NCBI RefSeq assembly: GCF_009914755.1
Contig: NC_060948.1
Direction: 5' to 3' (one strand)
Length of the DNA stretch: 64,000 bases
Origin: the human T2T-CHM13v2.0 reference genome, Homo sapiens
The notes under the pieces are model-generated. The model did no database searches. It saw only the letters and a program-made list of their open reading frames with translations, and was not told the origin of the DNA. The position numbers and the translations under genes were made by a program. Positions 53,484 to 64,000 of the stretch are shown piece after piece (positions within the stretch are counted from its first letter, which is position 1; every line of letters starts with the position of its first letter).

Positions 53484-56400
53484 ATGGAGTGTTATGGAAC
53501 GGACTCAAAAGGAATTGAATGTAATAGAATGGAGTGGAGTGGACTCGAATATAATGGACTGGAATGGAATGAAATCACATGGAATGGGAACGAATGGAAT
53601 GGAATGGAAAGGAATGGAATCGAATGGAAAGGAATCGAATGGAAGGGAATGAAATTGAATCAACAGGAATGGAAGGGAATAGAATAGACGGTAATGGAAT
53701 GGACTCGAATAGAATGGACACGAATGCTCAAATTGAATGGATTCGAATGGAATGGAAACGAAAGGAATGTCATCGAATGGAATTGAATCGATTGGAATGA
53801 AATCGCATAGAATGGAGTGGAATCAAATGGAATTGAATCGAAAGGAAAGGAAGCGAATGGACTGAAATGAAATGGAATGGAATTGAATGGAAAGTAATGC
53901 AATGGAATAGAATGGAACGAAATTTCACGGAATGGAATCAAACTGAATGGAATCAAATCAATGGAATCTAATCAAATGGAATGGAAAGGAATTGAATGGA
54001 GTAGATTGGATTGGATGGGATTGGAATGAAATGTACTGGAAAGGACTCGAATTTCATGAAACGGAATGGAATGAATTGGAACGGAATGGACTCGAATGGA
54101 ATGGAATGTCATGGAATGGCATCGAATGGAATGGCATCAAATGGAATGGAATCGAATGCAATGGAATGTTATGGAATGGAATGGAATGCATTGGAATGGA
54201 ATGTCCTCTAATGGAATGGATTCGAGTGGAATGGAATCGAATATAATGGAGTCGAATGAAATGGAATTGAAAGGAATGGGATCGAATAGAATGGAATATA
54301 CTGGAATGTAATGTAATGAACACGAATGTAATTGACTGGAATGGAATGTACATGAATGGAAGGTAATCGAATGGAAAGTAATCCAATGGAATAGAATCTA
54401 ATGCAATAAAACCGAATCAGATAGAGTAGAATGTAATGGAATGGAGTGCAGTGCAATGGAATGGAATGGAATTGAATGCAATGGAATGGAATGGAATGGA
54501 ATGGAATGGAATGGAATGGAATGGTATGGAATGGATAGTAATGGACTGGAGTGAAATGGACTGGAAAGGAATGGACTCAAATTGAAAGGGCTCGAAAGGA
54601 ATGGAGTCAAATGGAATGGTCTGGAATGGAATGAACACGAATGTAATGCAATCCAATAGAATGGAATCGAATGGCATGGAATATAAAGAAATGGAATCGA
54701 AGAGAATGGAAACAAATGGAATGGAATTGAATGGAATGGAATTGAATGGAATGGGAACGAATGGAGTGAAATTGTATGAAGTAGAAGGGAATAGAATGGA
54801 ATGCAAGCGAAAGGAAAGGAATGGATTGGAATGGAATGGAATTCATTGGAATGGAAGGGAATGTAGTGTAATGGACAGGCCTGGAATAAAGTGGAATGCT
54901 ACGGTCTCGAATGGAATAAAAATGTATGGAATGGAATGCAATGAAACGGAATCGAATGTCATAGAATGTAATGGAATGCAACACAATGGAATCCAAAATC
55001 ATTGACTGGAAAGGCTGGGTGTCGAAAGGAATTGACTCCAATGGAATGGAATCGAATGGAATGGAAGTGAATAGAATCGAACTAAATCGAATGGAATGGA
55101 ATTGATAGGAACGGAATGGAAAGGAATGCAATGATTTGGCATGGAATGGAATCGAATGGCATCGAATGGAATGGAATGGAATGCAATGGAATGGAATGTA
55201 TTAGAATGTAATGAACTTTAATGGAATGTACTCGAATGGATTCGACTGGAATGGAATGTTCTGGAAGTGAATGGACTCCAATGGAATGGATTCAAAAGGA
55301 ATGGAATCGTACGGAATGGAATCTAATGGAATGGAATTAAATGGAAATGAATCAAATTGAATAGCACGGAATTGAATTGAATGGAATGGAATGCAATGGA
55401 ATCTAATGAAACGGAAAGGAAAGGAATGGAATGGAATGGAATGGGCTGGAATGGAAAGGAATCGAAACGAATGGAATGGAATCGAACTGAAGAGACTGGA
55501 ATGGAATGCACTGGAATGGAAGGGAGTGTAATGGAAGGTTCTCGAAAATAATGGAATCGAATGGAATGGAATTGAATGGAACGGAATAGAGTCGAATGGA
55601 ATTGAATGGAATGGAATGGACTAGAGTGAAATGGAATCGAACCACAAGGAATGGACAGGAATAGAATGGTCTCGAATTGAATGGAATCGTATGGAATGGC
55701 ATCAAACGGAATGGAATGGACAGCCACGGAATGGAATGCACTCGAATGCAATGGAGTCGAAACTAATGGACTGGAATAGAATGGACTCGACTGGTACGGA
55801 CTCCAATGGAATGGAATCGAATGGAAGGGAATCGAACGGAATGGACTCGAAGGGAAAAGACTGCAATGGAAAGGTCTCGAATGGAATGGAAATTAATGGA
55901 ATGGAATGGAATCGAATGAAATGGAGTCAAAAGGAATGGAATCGAATGGCAAGAAATCGAATGTAATGGAATCGCAAGGAATTGATGTGAACGGAACGGA
56001 ATGGAATGGAATCCAAAGGAATGGAATAGAATGGAATGGAATCGAATGGAAAGGACTCGAATGGAAATCACTCGAATAGAATGCAATTTAATAAAATAGG
56101 ATCAAATGTAATGGAATGGAATGGAAAGGAATCGAAACGAAAGGAATGGAGACAGATGGAATGGAATGGAACAGAGAGCAATGGTATAGAATGGAATGGA
56201 ATCATCTGGAATGGAATTGAATGGAATGGAATAATATGAAATGGAATGGAATGGAATGGAATGGAATGCCCTTGAATTAAATGGACTGGAATGGAATGGA
56301 CTCGAACAGAGTGGAATGGAAAGTGTTGAGATAGAATGGAATGGACTCCTTTGGAATGGTCTAGTATGCAATGCAATCGACTGTCAGGGAATCAAAAGGA

Positions 56401-57037
56401 ATGAAATCGAATGGATTGGACTGGAATGCAATGGACTCGAATAGATTGGAAACGGAATGCAAAGGAATGGAATGGAATAGTATGGAATGGAATGGAAAGG
56501 AATGGAGTGGAATAGACTAGAGTGGAATGGAATGGACTGGAAAGCAATGGACTGGAATGGAACTTTCTTGAATGGACTGGAATCAAACGGAATGGAATGC
56601 AATGCAATCAAATGGCATGGAATAAAATAGAATGAAAGAGAATCAAATGGAATTGAATCGAATGGAATCGAATGGATTGTAAAGGAATAGAATGGAATGG
56701 AATGGAATTGACTCAAATGGAATGGACTAGAATGGAATGGATTCGAATGGAAGGCAAAGGAATGGAATCTATTGGAATGGACTGTAATGGAATGGAATGG
56801 AAGGGATTGGAATGGACTCGAATGGAATGGACTGCAATAGAAAGGATTCGAATGGAATGAAAAAGAATTGAATGGAATAGAACAGAATGGAATCAAATCG
56901 AATGAAATGGAATGGAATAGAAAGGAATGGAATGAAATGGAATGGAAAGGATTCGAATGGAATGCAATCGAATGGAATGGAATCGAACGGAATGGAATAA
57001 AATGGAAGAAAACTGGCAAGAAATGGAATCGAAATGA
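53484..57037 (+). repeat. Higher-order unit 16 (3554 bp)
   Basis: Landmark spacing. Variants tgtatgaagtag and caacacaatgg. Confidence 0.92.
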
Positions 57038-60000
57038 ATGGAGTGTTATGGAACGGACTCAAAAGGAATTGAATGTAATAGAATGGAGTGGAGTGGACTC
57101 GAATATAATGGACTGGAATGGAATGAAATCACATGGAATGGGAACGAATGGAATGGAATGGAAAGGAATGGAATCGAATGGAAAGGAATCGAATGGAAGG
57201 GAATGAAATTGAATCAACAGGAATGGAAGGGAATAGAATAGACGGTAATGGAATGGACTCGAATAGAATGGACACGAATGCTCAAATTGAATGGATTCGA
57301 ATGGAATGGAAACGAAAGGAATGTCATCGAATGGAATTGAATCGATTGGAATGAAATCGCATAGAATGGAGTGGAATCAAATGGAATTGAATCGAAAGGA
57401 AAGGAAGCGAATGGACTGAAATGAAATGGAATGGAATTGAATGGAAAGTAATGCAATGGAATAGAATGGAACGAAATTTCACGGAATGGAATCAAACTGA
57501 ATGGAATCAAATCAATGGAATCTAATCAAATGGAATGGAAAGGAATTGAATGGAGTAGATTGGATTGGATGGGATTGGAATGAAATGTACTGGAAAGGAC
57601 TCGAATTTCATGAAACGGAATGGAATGAATTGGAACGGAATGGACTCGAATGGAATGGAATGTCATGGAATGGCATCGAATGGAATGGCATCAAATGGAA
57701 TGGAATCGAATGCAATGGAATGTTATGGAATGGAATGGAATGCATTGGAATGGAATGTCCTCTAATGGAATGGATTCGAGTGGAATGGAATCGAATATAA
57801 TGGAGTCGAATGAAATGGAATTGAAAGGAATGGGATCGAATAGAATGGAATATACTGGAATGTAATGTAATGAACACGAATGTAATTGACTGGAATGGAA
57901 TGTACATGAATGGAAGGTAATCGAATGGAAAGTAATCCAATGGAATAGAATCTAATGCAATAAAACCGAATCAGATAGAGTAGAATGTAATGGAATGGAG
58001 TGCAGTGCAATGGAATGGAATGGAATTGAATGCAATGGAATGGAATGGAATGGAATGGAATGGAATGGAATGGAATGGTATGGAATGGATAGTAATGGAC
58101 TGGAGTGAAATGGACTGGAAAGGAATGGACTCAAATTGAAAGGGCTCGAAAGGAATGGAGTCAAATGGAATGGTCTGGAATGGAATGAACACGAATGTAA
58201 TGCAATCCAATAGAATGGAATCGAATGGCATGGAATATAAAGAAATGGAATCGAAGAGAATGGAAACAAATGGAATGGAATTGAATGGAATGGAATTGAA
58301 TGGAATGGGAACGAATGGAGTGAAATTGTATGAAGTAGAAGGGAATAGAATGGAATGCAAGCGAAAGGAAAGGAATGGATTGGAATGGAATGGAATTCAT
58401 TGGAATGGAAGGGAATGTAGTGTAATGGACAGGCCTGGAATAAAGTGGAATGCTACGGTCTCGAATGGAATAAAAATGTATGGAATGGAATGCAATGAAA
58501 CGGAATCGAATGTCATAGAATGTAATGGAATGCAACACAATGGAATCCAAAATCATTGACTGGAAAGGCTGGGTGTCGAAAGGAATTGACTCCAATGGAA
58601 TGGAATCGAATGGAATGGAAGTGAATAGAATCGAACTAAATCGAATGGAATGGAATTGATAGGAACGGAATGGAAAGGAATGCAATGATTTGGCATGGAA
58701 TGGAATCGAATGGCATCGAATGGAATGGAATGGAATGCAATGGAATGGAATGTATTAGAATGTAATGAACTTTAATGGAATGTACTCGAATGGATTCGAC
58801 TGGAATGGAATGTTCTGGAAGTGAATGGACTCCAATGGAATGGATTCAAAAGGAATGGAATCGTACGGAATGGAATCTAATGGAATGGAATTAAATGGAA
58901 ATGAATCAAATTGAATAGCACGGAATTGAATTGAATGGAATGGAATGCAATGGAATCTAATGAAACGGAAAGGAAAGGAATGGAATGGAATGGAATGGGC
59001 TGGAATGGAAAGGAATCGAAACGAATGGAATGGAATCGAACTGAAGAGACTGGAATGGAATGCACTGGAATGGAAGGGAGTGTAATGGAAGGTTCTCGAA
59101 AATAATGGAATCGAATGGAATGGAATTGAATGGAACGGAATAGAGTCGAATGGAATTGAATGGAATGGAATGGACTAGAGTGAAATGGAATCGAACCACA
59201 AGGAATGGACAGGAATAGAATGGTCTCGAATTGAATGGAATCGTATGGAATGGCATCAAACGGAATGGAATGGACAGCCACGGAATGGAATGCACTCGAA
59301 TGCAATGGAGTCGAAACTAATGGACTGGAATAGAATGGACTCGACTGGTACGGACTCCAATGGAATGGAATCGAATGGAAGGGAATCGAACGGAATGGAC
59401 TCGAAGGGAAAAGACTGCAATGGAAAGGTCTCGAATGGAATGGAAATTAATGGAATGGAATGGAATCGAATGAAATGGAGTCAAAAGGAATGGAATCGAA
59501 TGGCAAGAAATCGAATGTAATGGAATCGCAAGGAATTGATGTGAACGGAACGGAATGGAATGGAATCCAAAGGAATGGAATAGAATGGAATGGAATCGAA
59601 TGGAAAGGACTCGAATGGAAATCACTCGAATAGAATGCAATTTAATAAAATAGGATCAAATGTAATGGAATGGAATGGAAAGGAATCGAAACGAAAGGAA
59701 TGGAGACAGATGGAATGGAATGGAACAGAGAGCAATGGTATAGAATGGAATGGAATCATCTGGAATGGAATTGAATGGAATGGAATAATATGAAATGGAA
59801 TGGAATGGAATGGAATGGAATGCCCTTGAATTAAATGGACTGGAATGGAATGGACTCGAACAGAGTGGAATGGAAAGTGTTGAGATAGAATGGAATGGAC
59901 TCCTTTGGAATGGTCTAGTATGCAATGCAATCGACTGTCAGGGAATCAAAAGGAATGAAATCGAATGGATTGGACTGGAATGCAATGGACTCGAATAGAT

Positions 60001-60591
60001 TGGAAACGGAATGCAAAGGAATGGAATGGAATAGTATGGAATGGAATGGAAAGGAATGGAGTGGAATAGACTAGAGTGGAATGGAATGGACTGGAAAGCA
60101 ATGGACTGGAATGGAACTTTCTTGGATGGACTGGAATCAAACGGAATGGAATGCAATGCAATCAAATGGCATGGAATAAAATAGAATGAAAGAGAATCAA
60201 ATGGAATTGAATCGAATGGAATCGAATGGATTGTAAAGGAATAGAATGGAATGGAATGGAATTGACTCAAATGGAATGGACTAGAATGGAATGGATTCGA
60301 ATGGAAGGCAAAGGAATGGAATCTATTGGAATGGACTGTAATGGAATGGAATGGAAGGGATTGGAATGGACTCGAATGGAATGGACTGCAATAGAAAGGA
60401 TTCGAATGGAATGAAAAAGAATTGAATGGAATAGAACAGAATGGAATCAAATCGAATGAAATGGAATGGAATAGAAAGGAATGGAATGAAATGGAATGGA
60501 AAGGATTCGAGTGGAATGCAATCGAATGGAATGGAATCGAACGGAATGGAATAAAATGGAAGAAAACTGGCAAGAAATGGAATCGAAATGA
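57038..60591 (+). repeat. Higher-order unit 17 (3554 bp)
   Basis: Landmark spacing. Near-identical to unit 16. Confidence 0.92.
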
Positions 60592-63500
60592 ATGGAGTGT
60601 TATGGAACGGACTCAAAAGGAATTGAATGTAATAGAATGGAGTGGAGTGGACTCGAATATAATGGACTGGAATGGAATGAAATCACATGGAATGGGAACG
60701 AATGGAATGGAATGGAAAGGAATGGAATCGAATGGAAAGGAATCGAATGGAAGGGAATGAAATTGAATCAACAGGAATGGAAGGGAATAGAATAGACGGT
60801 AATGGAATGGACTCGAATAGAATGGACACGAATGCTCAAATTGAATGGATTCGAATGGAATGGAAACGAAAGGAATGTCATCGAATGGAATTGAATCGAT
60901 TGGAATGAAATCGCATAGAATGGAGTGGAATCAAATGGAATTGAATCGAAAGGAAAGGAAGCGAATGGACTGAAATGAAATGGAATGGAATTGAATGGAA
61001 AGTAATGCAATGGAATAGAATGGAACGAAATTTCACGGAATGGAATCAAACTGAATGGAATCAAATCAATGGAATCTAATCAAATGGAATGGAAAGGAAT
61101 TGAATGGAGTACATTGGATTGGATGGGATTGGAATGAAATGTACTGGAAAGGACTCGAATTTCATGAAACGGAATGGAATGAATTGGAACGGAATGGACT
61201 CGAATGGAATGGAATGTCATGGAATGGCATCGAATGGAATGGCATCAAATGGAATGGAATCGAATGCAATGGAATGTTATGGAATGGAATGGAATGCATT
61301 GGAATGGAATGTCCTCTAATGGAATGGATTCGAGTGGAATGGAATCGAATATAATGGAGTCGAATGAAATGGAATTGAAAGGAATGGGATCGAATAGAAT
61401 GGAATATACTGGAATGTAATGTAATGAACACGAATGTAATTGACTGGAATGGAATGTACATGAATGGAAGGTAATCGAATGGAAAGTAATCCAATGGAAT
61501 AGAATCTAATGCAATAAAACCGAATCAGATAGAGTAGAATGTAATGGAATGGAGTGCAGTGCAATGGAATGGAATGGAATTGAATGCAATGGAATGGAAT
61601 GGAATGGAATGGAATGGAATGGAATGGAATGGAATGGTATGGAATGGATAGTAATGGACTGGAGTGAAATGGACTGGAAAGGAATGGACTCAAATTGAAA
61701 GGGCTCGAAAGGAATGGAGTCAAATGGAATGGTCTGGAATGGAATGAACACGAATGAAATGCAATCCAATAGAATGGAATCGAATGGCATGGAATATAAA
61801 GAAATGGAATCGAAGAGAATGGAAACAAATGGAATGGAATTGAATGGAATGGAATTGAATGGAATGGGAACGAATGGAGTGAAATTGTATGCAGTAGAAG
61901 GGAATAGAATGGAATGCAAGCGAAAGGAAAGGAATGGATTGGAATGGAATGGAATTCATTGGAATGGAAGGGAATGTAGTGTAATGGACAGGCCTGGAAT
62001 AAAGTGGAATGCTACGGTCTCGAATGGAATAAAAATGTATGGAATGGAATGCAATGAAACGGAATCGAATGTCATAGAATGTAATGGAATGCAACAAAAT
62101 GGAATCCAAAATCATTGACTGGAAAGGCTGGGTGTCGAAAGGAATTGACTCCAATGGAATGGAATAGAATGGAATGGAAGTGAATAGAATCGAACTAAAT
62201 CGAATGGAATGGAATTGATAGGAACGGAATGGAAAGGAATGCAATGATTTGGCATGGAATGGAATCGAATGGCATCGAATGGAATGGAATGGAATGGAAT
62301 GCAATGGAATGGAATGTATTAGAATGTAATGAACTTTAATGGAATGTACTCGAATGGATTCGACTGGAATGGAATGTTCTGGAAGTGAATGGACTCCAAT
62401 GGAATGGATTCAAAAGGAATGGAATTGTACGGAATGGAATCTAATGGAATGGAATTAAATGGAAATGAATCAAATTGAATAGCACGGAATTGAATTGAAT
62501 GGAATGGAATGCAATGGAATCTAATGAAACGGAAAGGAAAGGAATGGAATGGAATGGAATGGGCTGGAATGGAAAGGAATCGAAACGAATGGAATGGAAT
62601 CGAACTGAAGAGACTGGAATGGAATGCACTGGAATGGAAGGGAGTGTAATGGAAGGTTCTCGAAAAAAATGGAATCGAATGGAATGGAATTGAATGGAAC
62701 GGAATAGAGTCGAATGGAATTGAATGGAATGGAATGGACTAGAGTGAAATGGAATCGAACCACAAGGAATGGACAGGAATAGAATGGTCTCGAATTGAAT
62801 GGAATCGTATGGAATGGCATCAAACGGAATGGAATGGACAGCCACGGAATGGAATGCACTCGAATGCAATGGAGTCGAAACTAATGGACTGGAATAGAAT
62901 GGACTCGACTGGTACGGACTCCAATGGAATGGAATCGAATGGAAGGGAATCGAACGGAATGGACTCGAAGGGAAAAGACTGCAATGGAAAGGTCTCGAAT
63001 GGAATGGAAATTAATGGAATGGAATGGAATCGAATGAAATGGAGTCAAAAGGAATGGAATCGAATGGCAAGAAATCGAATGTAATGGAATCGCAAGGAAT
63101 TGATGTGAACGGAACGGAATGGAATGGAATCCAAAGGAATGGAATAGAATGGAATGGAATCGAATGGAAAGGACTCGAATGGAAATCACTCGAATAGAAT
63201 GCAATTTAATAAAATAGGATCAAATGTAATGGAATGGAATGGAAAGGAATCGAAACGAAAGGAATGGAGACAGTTGGAATGGAATAGAACAGCGAGCAAT
63301 GGTATAGAATGGAATGGAATCATCTGGAATGGAATTGAATGGAATGGAATAATATGAAATGGAATGGAATGGAATGGAATGGAATGCCCTTGAATTAAAT
63401 GGACTGGAATGGAATGGACTCGAACAGAGTGGAATGGAAAGTGTTGAGATAGAATGGAATGGACTCCTTTGGAATGGTGTAGTATGCAATGCAATCGACT

Positions 63501-64000
63501 GGCAGGGAATCAAATGGAATGTAATCGAATGGATTGGACTGGAATGCAATGGACTCGAATAGATTGCAAACGGAATGCAAAGGAATGGAATGGAATAGTA
63601 TGGAATGGAATGGAAAGGAATGGAGTGGAATAGACTAGAGTGGAATGGAATGGACTGGAAAGCAATGGACTGGAATGGATCTTTCTTGAATGGACTGGAA
63701 TCAAACGGAATGGAATGCAATGCAATCAAATGGCATGGAATAAAATAGAATGAAAGAGAATCAAATGGAATTGAATCGAATGGAATCGAATGGATTGGAA
63801 AGGAATAGAATGGAATGGAATGGAATTGACTCAAATGGAATGGACTAGAATGGAATGGATTCGAATGGAAGGCAAAGGAATGGAATCTATTGGAATGGAC
63901 TGTAATGGAATGGAATGGAAGGGATTGGAATGGACTCGAATGGAATGGACTGCAATAGAAAGGATTCGAATGGAATGAAAAAGAATTGAATGGAATAGAA
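60592..64000 (+). repeat. Higher-order unit 18 (partial, runs off the window)
   Basis: Landmark at 60592. Sister of unit 14. Confidence 0.92.

Larger units (their letters stand above)
1..64000 (+). repeat. DYZ1: Human satellite 3 (HSat3) tandem array, most likely DYZ1 (Yq12); GGAAT strand on +
   Basis: Continuous GGAAT pentamers with CGAAT/GGACT/GCAAT/TGAAT variants. The landmark 'atggagtgttatgg' recurs at 52, 3610, 7183, 10752, 14310, 17864, 21413, 24977, 28536, 32080, 35639, 39213, 42782, 46356, 49920, 53484, 57038 and 60592 (period 3544-3574 bp). Each unit has a conserved AGGCCT and GAATTC. The reverse complement CCTGTCCATTACACTACATTCCCTTCCATTCCAATGAATTCC matches the start of the 3564-bp DYZ1 HaeIII unit as I recall it (not database-checked). 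Confidence 0.95.

Noticed and set aside
52-63978. Hundreds of ORFs (MEWNG- and FHSIP-rich, up to 313 aa)
   Set aside because: These are the expected translations of (GGAAT)n and (ATTCC)n, which contain no stop codons in pure form. The ORFs overlap in all frames, have no recognisable domains, and are broken by frame-shifting 5-bp and 1-bp indels between units.
1-64000. CRISPR-like or repeat-spacer array
   Set aside because: No unique spacers and no cas-like genes; the sequence is continuous degenerate pentamer.
1-64000. HSat2, or the chromosome 9 type of HSat3
   Set aside because: The repeat lacks the CATTCGATTC-dominated ~23-26 bp structure typical of HSat2. The ~3.56-kb period with conserved single HaeIII and EcoRI sites fits DYZ1.
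1-64000. DYZ2 (HSat1B/Alu-containing) blocks, retroelement insertions or inversions
   Set aside because: None seen. Unit spacing never leaves 3544-3574 bp, and no ATTCC-oriented block appears on the + strand.

Overview
The whole 64 kb window is one uninterrupted, single-orientation tandem satellite array. It consists of diverged (GGAAT)n pentamers (human satellite 3 type) arranged into about 18 head-to-tail higher-order units of 3544-3574 bp. The unit length (three units are exactly 3564 bp), the single conserved HaeIII/StuI and EcoRI sites per unit, and the sequence around them match my recollection of DYZ1, the Yq12 heterochromatin HSat3 repeat of the human Y chromosome. The + strand is the GGAAT-rich strand. 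I see no credible protein-coding genes, RNA genes, CRISPR arrays, transposons or DYZ2 blocks, and every ORF in the track is a translation of the pentamer. What is worth a second look is structure inside the array: local subfamilies of units, recent duplications with mid-unit breakpoints, a 7103-bp dimeric period, mosaic units, four fixed pentamer-register breaks, one hypervariable pure GGAAT tract, and up to three perfect heat-shock elements (nGAAnnTTCnnGAAn) per unit. I found no evidence of a new gene-based system.
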